DNA of 64,000 nucleotides, from NCBI GenBank assembly GCA_964035545.1, contig OZ037766.1, positions 7,182,722 through 7,246,721 on the forward strand, read 5' to 3'. This DNA comes from Bugula neritina. Lineage: Eukaryota > Animalia > Bryozoa. How positions within the stretch are numbered: the stretch's first letter is position 1; each line of letters begins with the position of its first letter. Shown one piece after another: positions 25,190 through 47,289 of the stretch. Position numbers and translations under genes: made by a program. Under the pieces are notes generated by a model that was given only the letters and a program-made list of their open reading frames with translations, had not been told where the DNA came from and made no database searches.

Positions 25190-26811
25190 ACACTAGGTTT
25201 GAAAGTTTGTACTGTAGCCCAGGAGCTATTATGACTGAATGTCGTTCCTGACATCACAAAGGTTCTATTGGGTATCATAAAAATGACACAGTTTTTGTGT
25301 CATACTAGGGTCAGTGGTTACACTAACCACTAAAACCACAATTGCTCCACCATACAAAGGAACAGGAACGATTTGTCTGCTACTAGATAAAACAGTCACA
25401 TGATTGATTGAATCATAAAAAAACTGATTACTCTCTAGTATCTTTGATTCCATCAATTAATTTTTCAACAAATTTAATATATTTGAGTGCAATTACTATC
25501 CTTATCTCTGTCTTGCTGGTAAATTTTATAATGCTTTTCATTTATTCCAATAATAATTTATGACGGTCATTTCAGACGCAATGAAGCATTCGGTTAACTA
25601 GTATTGGCACGGATCCAAAGTTTAAAGTTCATATTGATAAGGTGAAGGTCGCATCCCTAATTGCGTTTTGCTGATTAGAAGATGTGTGGTACTCAAACGC
25701 ACAGTACCTTACTTCCCAACATTATGCTATAGGGACTACAGGCCACAGCTACAACAAAACATTGCATGCAGTTTGTTTTTATTTCACTGCTGTCCATTCG
25801 TTTCTTATTTTACTGTGTTAACTGACAGATTTACTTTTTCAACGCAGTACAAAAGTTGTATTTAATTTTATAATTATTAATTTTTGTTTTATACCAATAT
25901 CAATATGAATATGGCTATGAATAATTAATATTATAGTTTTACAATCATTGTTATAATCACAGCACCCACAATGATGAATCATGAATGAAATGTAAAACTA
26001 AAAGTTATATTTTTTATTAATTTAAAAGTCATATTGAGATTATTAATATAAATATTATTAATAATGTATGATTTGAACTTTTTAATTTTTATGTCAATTG
26101 TTATTTTATTTATTTGCAATAGTGGTACTCATAGTTATAAGTTATCAGTTAATGAGTTATGACTTACGAAGTTACGAGTATTGCTGCATAAGTATTATCA
26201 TTACTATTAATATATCATTATATGACTACCACTATGACTATGAGTTGACTGTAACTGTGAGTAGATAATGTATACTTATAGTAGTTATAGTTATAGACTA
26301 TAGTAATTGTAGTGCTAATAGTAATAGTATCACTATTAGTTATTCTAATAATATAACTAGTATTGTTATTAGTTATGTGAGAATAAAATATACTTTAATA
26401 CTCATCATGCATACAATGCAAACCTTTTACAACTTATTACTAGAAGTAGACGCTGCGATATTAAATGAAAGATCTGAGTAATCATTATAAATATATCTTA
26501 TATTCAGTGTTATTTTGCATGTAATATTTGTGTACGTTTATATATTCACTTTGAACATGGTTAAAGGTATCCACTTGGGTTGGAATAAACTGTGAACGAA
26601 GTAATAGAGACATGTGTCTAATGTCTATTACTTAATTCATAATTTAGTTCAATTTGGATTTATTTTTCAAAATAGCAAAACTAAGTTAGCAAAGGTTTCA
26701 ATTTTTGAACAAATTATAACTAAATTATTCAACCAGTTAGTAATTATAGGTATACATAAATGACAGATTGATTATTTTCAGATTGCCGTTTTTCTGGATT
26801 GTCATTAATGA

Positions 26812-29800
26812 ATGGTTCACATGGATAAGGTATCACAAAGTCAAGTAGATGAGGTAACACCATTAAATGGCAATAAAGTTATAAACTATTCAGAGGCTGT
26901 AGAAAGAGTACAGTCCGATCAGAAGTATGACGTCAGTTCAAGTTCCGAAGAGAATATCCAATTCAAGTTCTATAAGAGAAGATGGTGGATACTGTTTGCT
27001 TTCTGCATGGCGTCTCTATCTCAGAGTATATTATGGAACACCTGGTCTCCCCTCCTCGATGCTGTTCTCATAGCTTACAAATGGCCTGACTCATTTGTTG
27101 CTATGCTGCCTGCAGCTTCTGACCTTGGCTATGTGATCTTTGCCTTTCCACTCATGTATGTTGTGGAAACATCGGGTGAGTCGTTGTAAAACGTTCACAT
27201 TTCAGTAACTTTCAAATTTCTAACTGTCTATGGGTCACTTCGCTTAATTTAGTGCACGATATATATCTCTAGTTGTTAGCAATTTTTTCACAGTTTAGCC
27301 GCTAATTTATATAGTTTCTTGCATTAAACTGATACAATATTAACAAATACAACTGAATAAGCAAGATTGTTTTCTGATTTTGCTTGCTTTCCTATGTTTT
27401 ATTCTAATTTTTTAGCAAGTATTTGTTAATATTTTATCAGTTTAATGCAAAAAACTGTATACATTAGCTTCCAAACTGTGAAAATAACTAGAAACTAGAG
27501 CTATATAGTGTGTACTAAATTAAGTAAAGTGACCCTTATATATATATATATATTGTGCATTGCATTTGATAAACAGAATTTGCTTATTTTAGATCTGAGA
27601 CATGGTCTTATTATCTCTTCATCTTTGTTGGTTATCTGTGGGGCAGGTTGGCTTATCTCATTGCCTACAGGACAAACCTGGTATGTATGTGTTATACCTA
27701 GTAACTTTCATGTTTTATGCTGCTGTCATACAGTACTTTCTACATTAGTATGCTTTATATGCTCTACTTTTGTGTATTGGTTTTTTAGATTTTATTATAT
27801 AAAATATATATATTTTGAAAACCTTTTTGATAAAAAAGCTTAACGTGTAATCATATATTGTAGCTAATTGACAATTCTATTATATAACTATAAGGTGTCC
27901 AAGGTACAAACATAATAGTAAACCGGTTATTAGATAATTATAACTGAATACTAAATCAGAGTCTACGCAAAAGGTACTACTCAGGCAAATGTTAACCAGG
28001 TGAGATAGGGTGTGCTTTTCAGACATACGACAATGAATGCAAAGGTTTGTAACAAAATGAATAAGGCATGCATATAGAAAGTAGATATGCAACAATCCAA
28101 TGATATTAGAGCAGTGTGACACTGGCCTGACATTGAGTGTAATGTCTAATGTAAAAGTTATTCAGTTATGTTTATAATCTCCATTCGAACATAATATTGG
28201 GACCTTCATACCTTTAGGTATTATGATATCTCTATGTTCTGTTAGAAAACCGGGAATTATGTTATATATGCATAATTTTTCAGTTGTAAAAACTCATAAA
28301 TTATGTCTCTTCTTTGACTCTCATTGATTCTTTTGATAAAAACAGAATTTTATCAGATATTTGTAAATCGTTTGCACCATAATTGTAGGTTAATAGCTAT
28401 GGGAGCTGCTTTAAATGGCATAACGGCGTGTATTACAATGGCTGGCCCTCCCCTCCTCTCCGTCACATGGTTTCCCATGTCTGAGAGAACCACGGCTACA
28501 GCTATTGCAGCCATGTCAGGGTACGCAGGATCAGGCGTAGCTTTTCTAACCAGTAAGTGTTTCCCTATCTGTTTGACGTATGCTACTAGCATTCTATATC
28601 TCCATCACTATCAATCATAGGATGCGATAGAATTAGATAACAAAGTCATTGTACTCCATGTATTTAATTGTGGCCTTTAGAATTTGTTATGCAACAGTTT
28701 ATTGTTTGACACTGATCTGAATAAGTTTTTAGGATTCAATTAGATTCACATCTAATAATACCTCTGCTAACTCAGCGTGAATACCCAATATAGCCATTCA
28801 CCACTTCCACTTTATTGAACTGCAAAAGAGCCACTATATTTAAGAAGTACTAACACTTTTTAAGAGCTCTTACAAGTAACAAATCAAAAATTTAATGCAG
28901 TTTTTTTTAGAAATCTAAAAAGAAGTTTGTTGGTTCCAGCCCGTAATATGTACAAATAATAGACTGGTATTATAATATAGTTGTTTTACTACTTGATGTT
29001 ATCCAACTACCTCAACAGTTATTGATTCAAACTTGTTCAGCTGCTGATAGCAGCTAGCTTGTATAATATTATACTTTTGTATAAGACACATCTTAGATTA
29101 AACTCTTGTTTTCTGCATTGTATCATACATCTAATTTGTTTTGCTGTTTTATATATTTAGGTCCATATATAAGTGGTGCAAATGTAACAGCCAAAGATGT
29201 TGAAAATCGCAATAGCTTGTCCAAAGGTTAGTTTAATTCAATGATTTGCGATAAATATAAAATATTTGATGGTACAATTATATGCTGACGAGTGTTTATT
29301 GTTTGCTGAAGAGTGTTTATTGTTTGCTGACGAGTGTTTATTGTTTGCTGACGAGTGTTTATTGTTTGCTGAAGAGTGTTTATTTTTGTTTTAGAATTTA
29401 TTGGAGAGCTTCAAAATGGTATCCAAAATGTAGTTTATTTTGGTAAGTTGAATGCATTTAAAAGTTCACGAATTCCCTTTTAGATACTAGAACTTGTATA
29501 TCATTGTGCTGATTGTGTTTTGTTATAGTAACTTACCAATTACTTGCATTATTTATTATAGGCGCTGCTATTGCTACGGTGAGCTTTTTAATGATAATAT
29601 ATTTTCCACCAAGACCACCCACACCTCCCAGCAGATCTCAAACCAGAGAGCGTGAAGATTTCTGGAGCGGAATCAAACACCTACTTCAGTATGTAGCTCG
29701 TCAATAGAATTCTCAACACTAATGAATGCTGTCCAAAACTTCTTTATAGTATTATTTGATAAACTGTCTATAGTCGATAGAACTGCATGAATTTGAAAAA

Positions 29801-32378
29801 GCTGCAGCCACTGATATAACCACAATGTTGTTCCGATTGGTGAAAATTTAGAAACTGCCAACCAAATATAGATATTTTTTAAATAAAAGTCTTTTTAGTA
29901 TAATAATTACATAATGTTAGTGTTAATCAAATATATACAAGGTTTTATATAATGGGTTTGTAATAAATATTTCATATATTGTAAAGTAAAGTTTAGCCTA
30001 ACAAGACGTGTTTTCTATTAGTAAAGTTGTTTAAATTTTTGCAAAGTTGCTTGTTCTCACACAGTACCTAATAATATATTAGAATTATGTACTTTTAATG
30101 GAGCAGGGGTTGTCTAAGGGTTAGAGCATCGGCTTAGTAAGCGGTAAAGGCCATTGATGATGGTAGGAAGAGCATTTAGTCCTAATAATTGCTCCTTTGC
30201 CACAATAGAAAACAAGTTCTAAGCTTGCTTAAAAGCCTGTCTATCTGGAGTTCTCATAAAACTGTCAACTCTGAATCTATGTGAGAGTTTATATTAGCAT
30301 ATATGCTTTCCAATTACATAGGAATGGCCACTTCTGGTTGCTCAACATTGCATTCAATCTACCAAATGGGACCTTCAATGCTTGGATCCCTCTCTGCTCT
30401 GTCAACTTCCGCTCCCTCGGAGTCGATGAGGTATGCAATGGCTGTGCTTGTCCAGTTTATTCTGTTGTCAAACTTATTCGGTTTGTGAATCAATGTTAGT
30501 AGTATTATAACTATTATACGATTTTTATTTTTGCATATTTCAAGTTTTACTAAACCTTTTAGAAATTTCTCCACAATCAATAAGCCATTTGCTTGCATCT
30601 TAATTTCTCTATTGATTTCTTGTGTAAGCTCAGAAAACATTATATATGTTATATGCGAAAGGTAGTGAGCTTCAAATAATGTCGCTTAGTTGCTAAATAG
30701 ACTATAGAATTGGCATGAATTATTTATACTTGTATTTATATGTATCTTGCGTATAAAACCTATGTGCATATATGCATGTATATACACATATACATGCATA
30801 CGCATATATATGTATATGCGTATGCATGTATATATACATATACAACTTGTACACCCACATAAATATGCGTATGCATATGTATATGTGTGTGTACAAGTTG
30901 TATATGTATATCTATAGATGTGTATATGTATAATATGTATATGTTTAGATGTATACTATACTTCTTTTGTGCATTATGTATAATATATGTATATGCATAC
31001 TACCATCTCATGCTATGATACTGTTCTATTACCAATATATTACTATATCAACAGGTAACAGCTGGATGGGTGGGGTTCACATCAATGATAGCCAGTGTTA
31101 TTGGGTCAGTTGTAATGTCGGTGGTGATTGACAGAATGAAGAGGAAAATGAAGCTTTCATGTATAATTCTAGGAACATTATCGCTGGTTATTTTGGCAAT
31201 CTTAGTCTGTATACAGGAGCACTACATCTACGTCCCAAAGGAGGCCGTAACAGGTTAGATTGCAAAGTGTTCAAGTTACGTTGTAATACATTTAACTTTC
31301 AATAAACTGTTGGTGTAACTTTTTTAACCTGTCTGGATAAATTATGCTTTCATAGAACACCCTTTATATCCTAAACTCTAAAGTCTATTAGATACCTGTT
31401 AATTATCAATGATTTCGATTGATTTCTCAGTATTGAAAATTGCATCCATGTGTAGAACATGTCTTCAAAAGTGTGTAGTGCAAAGTAAACTTGATATATA
31501 AATGAATTCTTAGCATTTATCTCTCTTGTGAATAAGTGGAGCTCCTTGTCACAATGGCAAGTTAACAACTGAATATATATTGACTGTAGCCGTGGTGTAT
31601 GTGCTCTGCATCAGTGCCTCGTTGTGTATCAACGGAGCAATTCCCATCTACTATGAAATGGGCTGTGAGCTCGCATTTCCTGTCCACGAGGGGCTCACCT
31701 GCTCTCTCCTCACTCTCACTAACAACCTGTTTGGAATGCTGTTCTTCCTCATCTTTCTAGTCCCCTCCTTAGCTGCTAGTGAGTCACATAATATCACTTC
31801 TACTAAACTTAATGTCTGGTCAGTTGTGATGTAAAATTTTTAATAAATAGCCCTAATATCTGATTGGTTCATGTGTGGAGTTTTTTTCCTAACATTTCTT
31901 GTTTCCATGTTCTGGTATCATCTGTTTATATTTTTCAAACAAAAGTTTTAACAGGTACAATGACTATGTTATGAATTTTTGCATGCTTTTTGTTGGCTTA
32001 AATTAACTTTTGTGGTGTTTTTATAATGAATTATCATGTTTGGAAGTTATTAACATTTATAATAGCTCACACATTCTATCTTCAAACAATTATATTTAAT
32101 TGTAATGTTATAGAATTGAGAGGCGAATACTCAGCCAGTTACATTGTTATGTTCAGTAAATTAATTTTTATCATCAGTTATGATAGAGGTGGTTTTGTAA
32201 TTTGTTGAAGTTACTGAAATTACCAATTTGTGTTGTAGATACAGAGTGGATGACGTGGGTATGTGTAGGTACCTGTGCGCTCACAACTCCCCTTCTTTTG
32301 TTCATGAAGGAGAGATTTAGCAGGCTGGATATCGAAGATTCGGGCAGGAGCTCTCCAAGCGTAACCATAGAAACATAA
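26812..32378 (+). CDS. SLC49A4: SLC49A4/DIRC2-like transporter copy 2, ~497 aa; exons 26812-27175, 27593-27680, 28389-28552, 29161-29226, 29395-29442, 29562-29688, 30322-30430, 31055-31253, 31590-31778, 32239-32378
   Basis: Same exon phases and motifs as copy 1; open frame of 1494 nt. Confidence 0.9.
29283..29387 (+). repeat. Five tandem copies of 21-bp TGCTGAMGAGTGTTTATTGTT directly upstream of the exon 5 acceptor of copy 2
   Basis: Units start at 29283, 29304, 29325, 29346 and 29367. Confidence 0.93.
30100..30270 (+). mobile_element. tRNA-derived SINE, internally deleted copy
   Basis: GGAGCAG...GTCTAAGGGTTAGAGC..GGCTTAGTAA and TAAAGGCCATTGATGATG.TAGGAAGAGCAT match 37981-38196. Confidence 0.78.
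30755..30960. repeat. Alternating purine-pyrimidine low-complexity tract (TATG/CATA) with internal palindromes
   Basis: For example ATACATGCATACGCATATATATGTATATGCGTATGCATGTAT and TACAACTTGTACAC...GTGTACAAGTTGTA. Confidence 0.8.
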
Positions 32379-35071
32379 TCAATGATAAGTCATACGACTA
32401 GGAAATGGCCAGTCAAAGTCACCTCTGTTTAAAAACAATGCAATGTTAAGTTGAGCACTTAGCTTATTGTAGGCCAAGGATTTTAGGAAATTCATCAGTT
32501 TTTCTCAGTACTATCTTTGTAGTGTGTGGTTGTAGAGCACCAGCACACAGCGCCAAAGTCATATAGTGTAGTTAAATATTCATCTATAAATTATTTAGAT
32601 TTAGATTATTTAGATTTACTTCAAAGTTAATTTAAACTTTACTGGTGTCTGACTTCATTATAACAGTATTCTGTGAATTTAAGGAACTATTCATGATTTG
32701 AGATAACCTTTTACAAAAGAGAAGCCGCCACCATTAATTGTTAATGAATTTTTTATATCTCTAAGTTGTAGCATAATCTTTTACTAAACTATATTTTCTT
32801 ATGTAAGCAATTTTTTAGTAAAATACTTTTCTATGTTGTGTGCCATTTTTATTTCTAAACATTTTTGCCTCTATATTAATATGTGCTAGTTTTTATTTTT
32901 ATAAAGACTTTATACAAGTTTATTAACTGATTGCTTAGTCTGTCTTTCTTAATGTTCACATCTCTTCATTCTGCTTAAATCAAGCAGGCATTGAAGTACG
33001 TAGTTTGAATGCTACGGACACTATTGGGTTGTTGTCGCAATTAAAAAGAGACGCTTACTTATATTATGTGCAGATATATGATTATATGTTGTGGGCTCCA
33101 TTTTATATTGTATTACTAACAAAACTGTATCGGGTATTTGTGATATTGGTAAAAAACTCTTTTAAAAATCATTAGTTTTTTAGCTATAAACTTACAAAAC
33201 TATATATTTTTATAGTATGAGAATTAATTTTGTTGCTCATTGTTCTATTATTGTCAGTGCAAATCATATAATTCTTATATAAAGCTTTATTTTGAAGTTG
33301 CAATAAACAACAAATAAATTGTCAATACTAAGATATTTTACCATAATAATATTATGTTCTTGCCAACATCATGGACATTTATCCGATTATTCTACTATAA
33401 ATTTTTTTATAAGCTGTAACATCATTAAGTTGTACAATAAAAATTGTTCGTGTGAATAATAATTTAGACTTATCTGCTTTCACGTTGTGTTCTTTCTTTT
33501 ATTGAAAGTCTGTTCATCTACTGTATACTTGCCAGTCTTCTCTTAAAGAAAAGATAACTTCTTATCAAGTGCTTGCAACTAATGAATACTATTATAGACC
33601 CACATTTTGATATAATATAGTAAAAGATGGTAAAAAAATATTATGTAACATAATATTTTGTATAATATAATAGTTAGCACTTAATATAAATATAAAAAGT
33701 TACCTAAAAGTGGACAACATGTAGCCACAAGGATCAAACTGAACTATTGTGTTGTTTCAACACATGACATAAAAATTTTTGCAAGATCCGAAATTTTTGA
33801 TCATTCAAATATATATAAGTTTTTTACTTATACGCAAAAAGAATTTTAATGACTTTGAATTTAATACTATTGTAAATATTTGGATCGAAAGCAAAAAAGC
33901 ATAATGAAAAAGTTGTGAAAATTATCTAATAACATAATTATAAAAGGACAATTCTTATCTGAGGATCTAGCAGCCTTTGCATGTGATGAACTTAATTTTT
34001 TATTAAACTCAGATTTTGAAGTCAGCGTAAACTAAAGTAATAATTTCTTTTAATGCAAGTCTGTCTATTAGAATTAATTTTAATTTTGAACTTGTTAATA
34101 GATTGGATATTGAATAAAGCAGAGAGTTGCCCTACTTTATAAATGCAATTTCCACCTGAGCGGGTTAAGTTAAATACATACAGCCTCACAACCATCATGT
34201 CGAATAATATAGTATATTATTATAAAGGAATAACAAGTTCACATTTTATGTTCATTTTAAATAAGATGCATTCCTTTTATAACATTTGGTCAACAGAGTG
34301 GTATCATTTTCAAATGCATACAGTAAGCTGTGGGCATAGCATAGCAAAGCCAGTGGAAGATGCAGTCTCTAATTATAACTGCCTACTTGGAACTTAAACA
34401 TTTATTTGCTGCACAGAATGCAACTTCAATTTCAACAGCTGCCATCCTCAGCTATAGCACTAATTATAAAACAATTTGAACATGCAGGACTGTAACTACA
34501 AGGTGGTTGGTTGAAACAGACAGACACATGACTATGAGTAACCAAGATGAAGTACCACGTGGGTTATGCCAGAGTGAAAGTGCAGCTGGTATTTGTTGTG
34601 CATCAGTAGTTGTTGGCGTTATTCCTTTTCTAGTTAACCGGCACATTGGATTGCACATCACATTTTCCTAATGCGTAACCTAGATTATACTAAATGCCAA
34701 GGTCAACTCAATCATCTCCAAAAGCAGGTAAACCTCTGCAGCACATATATTGTATTTATCATGTATACAATAACATTTATGTGTTTGCACTTTTTGTATG
34801 AGTGTGAATGTTGCCTTATTTACCCAAGTTATAAATATAAGGAGGTATATTGTATGTGGAAGATTCTCCCAAACATTAAGTATCTTGTATTCAATATAAG
34901 CCCATACTTGACCCAGATACTCATTCTTCTTTGATATAGCGTACTTGAGCAAGTACTTCATGTTGCATCAAAGTCAATTTGTCTCTTCACCGGCAGCTTC
35001 TAACTGTCCCACTTTCTTCTTGCATTACCATTCGAGAGCTGAGCTCTTTAAAGAGTCGTATTTATAAGAAC

Positions 35072-42424
<7,353 letters not shown>

Positions 42425-43533
42425 CCGTACTGCTGTAGCCTACTCAGCAATATATAGTATCACCAATATATTTTTATCTATAATTTTGTGAATGAATTTT
42501 ACACCCTTGTATCGCTTATAAACTACATACAGTCGCTGCCAGTCTAATAAAATTGTAAATTATGTCATAAAACTGATTATTATCTTCATGCCCATTATGT
42601 ATTGTTGATTGTTTACATTGAACTTTTACTCATTGATGTTACTATATAAATGTAACCTTAAAAATAATGAAGCTATAACATCTGCATGCTTTGCCAATTT
42701 ATACAACAAACTGAAACATTTCAAATTGATATACTGCTAAGACATTATAGTGATTCTCTACACTATTAAATAGGTCAGCATATTATGAAACTTCTTACAT
42801 GTATTAAACAGTTTATTATATATATAGTAGTGAGATTATTTGGCATCATTTATTGCTATTTTTCTCAATTTCATGCAGTTTCCCTTCAATTTTAATGATG
42901 CTTTTGGTGTGTTTTATTTATATGTATAAATAAATGATGTAATTTTTTGCTTCTTTTTGACATTCATTACCCAGTGGCAGCATCTCAACAATCTATTATA
43001 TTTACATTCTTTTCCTTTGCACATCAAATGCTCAAGTCATTTTTTTAATAAAGAAATTGTTCTTGTTACAGAGTGTACACACTTTTGTTTATATTACCAG
43101 CATTTATATTATGTTGTTATAAATCTTTTAGGCTATAATAAAATAACATGGATATGCAATACATACGTTTTTATCTGCTTTATTATTAAAACTAATACAT
43201 GCATGTACTGCATATTACTCTGGTTTGCAGCCTGAACTCACAATATTTTTAATTATCATTGTTCAAGAAAAACTATATAATAATTGGGTTAATAGTACAT
43301 ATTGTCATTTTGACTCTCTGCTAACATAAGATGCGCTAGTGCTAGGCCACGCTTGCAATGTAAAGCAAAATGGAAAGCTAGACAACTATATGTATTAATA
43401 GTCACCAACTATAGCAATATAATAACCTAACAGATAATGAAACTTGGTGATAAGAAAATAATGGTTGATGATAACTTGGGTAGGCACTTTAGTATTGAAT
43501 CTGATAAGCATACCATTACTGCATGGTTTAGGA

Positions 43534-43846
43534 CAGGGCTGTCCAATAAACGGCCCCAGGGTCGGATGCGGTCCCCAGCTTACATTTATGTGGCCCTCAA
43601 AGGCGTAAAAACAAAAGTATTTCACACACTTATATAAATTAGAGTGAAAAAACCACCAATTAAAAATGCCCTATTTTTGTATATATGCTAACAACATGCA
43701 ACCTGCAGCAATTATGAAGACTTCATCGTGTAATGATTCATAGGAATTTGGAATAAAGTAACTTAAACATTGCTGATGCTGTGGCCTCCCAGATCAAGCT
43801 AAGTTTCACAATGTGGCCCTCACTCTGAAAATGTTGGGCAACCCTG
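43534..43846. mobile_element. hAT-type MITE upstream of copy 4
   Basis: Termini CAGGGCTGTCCAA / TTGGGCAACCCTG; 8-bp flanks GTTTAGGA / GTTTAGAT; GGCCC subterminal motifs. The paralogous site upstream of copy 5 (~51150-51175) is empty. Confidence 0.85.
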
Positions 43847-44914
43847 GTTTAGATTGTATGGTGACCGACTCTGTAGCTACGCCCCATCTATTTTATCAGG
43901 TTACTTTGTTGGCTCATACACTTGTGTGAGGTCGAAGCACTGGACTCAAAATATATTTTCCAGTTCAATGGGTCAAAGTATATAGGACATTGAGTATGGG
44001 TGTTCGATTATGCTAATAAAGAATAATTCTCGGAGTGAAATTTGTGAAGCATGAAGCTGAGATTTTCCTCTACTCATGACTAGATTCTTGAACGCGTAGC
44101 AGGTGACAGCAAGTGGCAAAAAGAGACTCATATCACAGCAAATGACAGGAAATAATGCATAATACTTACTCTTTGGATTATAAATTTTTTCAACATCTTA
44201 AAACTAGCAGTACTTTACCATTGTTGTGAATATGGTGGATACTGGAACTAGCTCGACATCTAGTGGCAGTACTAAAGAATATGATGAAAGCTTTACAGCA
44301 AAAACTTACAAATGAAGATGGTGGATATTGCTTGTGTTCAGTTTCGACAACTGTGTACAAAATGCCATGTATAACACTTGGCCTCCAGTAGCTGATGCCT
44401 TGAAAATAGGCTTTGGATGGAGCTATTCATTTTCTGCAGTTATGCTTCTGATGTATTGTACAGCCGGAATTATTGGAACATTTCCAATCATGTATTCTAT
44501 AGACAACATTGGTGAGAAAGCTATAGCTACTCGATAATGATAATTTCAACTTATTCTGCCACAATCATTGCTAAATTTAATTTATTGAATAAGATAACTT
44601 TGAGTTGAATTTTTTTAAATTTAAAACCGGTATATAACATGGTAGTCACAGTTCTTCTAATACCACTTCATATTAGTATTAGCTGTAATGTTTCCTATAT
44701 ATTACTAGTATATTATTCCCATCTCTGCAGGTGTTAGACACGGCATGGTACTTTCTACAGCAGTCTCAGTCTTATGTTCTGCTTTTTGGCTGGTTAGGTT
44801 ACCATTAAGACAAACCTGGTGAGTCATCTACCATATAAAAGATGTAAAAGGAAGAGAATGCCATCTAACTTGAGTCCGAATAGCTGATTGGATATATATA
44901 CTTTCTATGTTTTA

Positions 44915-45720
44915 ACTTACTTACTTACTTCTTGACCAAGTCTGTAGCAGGGTATTTGTTCATAGTATCTACTGTCTTCACCACTGTTGACCTCCACACT
45001 TTTCTGTCTTGTGTCAGATCTATTCATTGATCAAATGCAATGTTATGATATGTTTTGAGGTCTTTTTGACAGTATCAGCCCATGAAATTTTCCTGGCCCC
45101 TCTGGGATGTTTTGCCAGGTAGTTCAAATATATCTCTAGGGCTTGCTTGGCTGGCGCATCTTACTCTACGTGTTTGTATGGTATGGGACCAAGGTTTCTG
45201 CCATGTCTTCTTGTATAGATCACCATTGCTGATCTTTTGAGGCCATCTCACCTTAAAGATCCTACAAAGGATGTTTCTTTGGCATAAGTCAATGTTGTCA
45301 GTTCTCTCTTGTGTAATGAACCATAGTTCACTGTTATGAAGAAAGATACTTTCATCTCATTTTGATATTCAGGCTGATTTCTTTGTGTGTTAGTATTTTT
45401 TTGATGTTGCAGATCACTGTTGCTAGTTGGTTGCATATGTCTATGTTGTTTTGTGTCAGAATGATTAAGCCTAGGTATACTTTACATTTGTTCCACTGCT
45501 TTTCTTCTCTGTTGATTAGATATTCCTTTGTCTTTGCTAGGTTGATATGCAGATCTCTCTGTGAGAAAATAAATGGAATGCTTGATTTGATGATTTCTAA
45601 GACATGGCTGCAGTTGCCACCTGCCCAGCAAATACCATCTGCCATCTACCAATCAAAACTCCGGAGTCATGTTAGGTTGCATAGTCATGATCTCTCAGTG
45701 TAGTTGGTAGTCCTGGTCCT
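44915..45720 (-). mobile_element. Degraded 3' fragment of an RTE-like non-LTR retrotransposon in intron 2 of copy 4
   Basis: Minus-strand translation gives KVYLGLII, KEISLNIKMR, VNYGS and PRGARKISWADTV..DLK...LTQDRKVWR with stops and frameshifts, followed by a (TAAG)n tail. Absent from the matching intron of copy 5. Confidence 0.8.
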
Positions 45721-46203
45721 TGTATTGCAAGTATTTCTATTATTTCTTTATTAGTCTTTACGATAGTCAACATTTTGTGTGTCTAGGTTATTAGCCCTTG
45801 GCTCCTTTCTAAATGGACTTGGGAGCACTGTTACCAGCTCCCTCCCTACTGTTATTTCAACTTCTTGGTTCCCAGTATCTGAAAGAACAACAGCCACATC
45901 TATAGCTTCTATGGGTTATTTAGGAGCAGCCGTAGCTTTCTTTGCTGGTGAGTAGCTTATTTAATGAGGTGCTATACTTTTAATAGTAGAAAGGCAGATG
46001 ATTAATATAATGTATATTTGGGTAAGTAGCATGCAAAATTTTAAAACCACTTCAATTAGGTAGTTTATATTATATTAAAGTCTTTTGCACATGTATATTT
46101 AGGTCCTTATATTAGCGGTGCCAATGTAACAGCTTCTGAAGTGATCAACAAAGACACTCTTCCTGCAGGTAAATATTCTCTTCTGTATTACAAACATTCG
46201 ACA

Positions 46204-46410
46204 GGGAGCAGCCGAGGTTTGGAGGTTAAAATTTAAGGCGTTTGCTTAGAAAACACAAAGTCATGGGTACGGATCCCAGTAAAGGCCATTGCATGGTGAT
46301 GTTAGGAAGAGCATCCAGTCATAATTGCTTCCTTGCCTCATCTGAATAAGTCTCTAGCTGGATTTGGGGATTTCTCACAGGGGTGGTGACTATAAACTTG
46401 CATGAGTTTT
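46204..46410 (+). mobile_element. tRNA-derived SINE in intron 4 of copy 4
   Basis: Family match. TSD-like ACAAACATTCGACA / ATAAACATCGAACA. Empty site in copy 5 (~53855-53875). Confidence 0.88.
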
Positions 46411-47289
46411 ATAAACATCGAACATCTTTGCAAAAAGCGACTAGGAATAGGCAAATCAAAAAACGAAATTAGGGTTTAATATCTGCGAGCAGACATCTTA
46501 TACTAAAATATTTTAAAACACCTTGACTTTTAACGGTTTACTGGCCCGTTATGTTCTAATCTAGTTATGTGACACTTCAACAAAACAAAATATTGTCTTT
46601 AAATTAATCTTATAAGACAGTTTTTTATGCCAAAAGAGTTCAATTGGAATTATGCTTGCTCATCTATATAATTATGTTGAGGAAATATTATTATACGGAT
46701 TATGGCTAGCTATATACACTAAGAGAACATCCTAGGTTTAGACGTATAGTAGAAGAAGTAGGAGCACATTATAATTGCATGTGCATATTTACGTTTCTAT
46801 ATTGTGTCTGAGAAGCTCTAATATGGTTATTGTATAAAATTTTAGAGTTTGTTGATCAACTACAGGACGGAGTGCTAAATATACTATATTTCAGTAAGTC
46901 ATATATCTTACAATATAATTCTTATATTATAATTCACATTTGAAATTGAATAGCATGATTACTCTTATTATATATATTTTAAATACGCTATAAAGGTGTG
47001 CTGCATATTTTCTAGTCGCATCTCTCACAGTAGTTGGGTTCTGGTTTACCATTATATACTTCCCTTCTCAACCTCCACGATGTCCCAGCAGAGCTCAAAC
47101 TCAACCACGTGAAAGTTTTTGGCCAGGAATGAAACATCTGCTATCGTAAGGATAACTTAATAGTATGCATTCTTCATTCAATTATTTACTTAATATAACA
47201 CATTTTATTTTGAGATAAAGTTTTTTGTTGTTATTTGACCTTAGTTAAACTTTAAGCCTGAATATCTCTGCATTACAGTATATAATTTA

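Noticed and set aside
29283-29387. CRISPR-like array
   Set aside because: Units are contiguous with no unique spacers, lie in a eukaryotic intron, and there are no cas genes.
44313-44315. In-frame TGA as selenocysteine or programmed readthrough
   Set aside because: It aligns to Arg (AGA) in paralogs rather than Cys, is a single A>T change, has TGA-A context rather than leaky TGA-C, and I recognised no SECIS.
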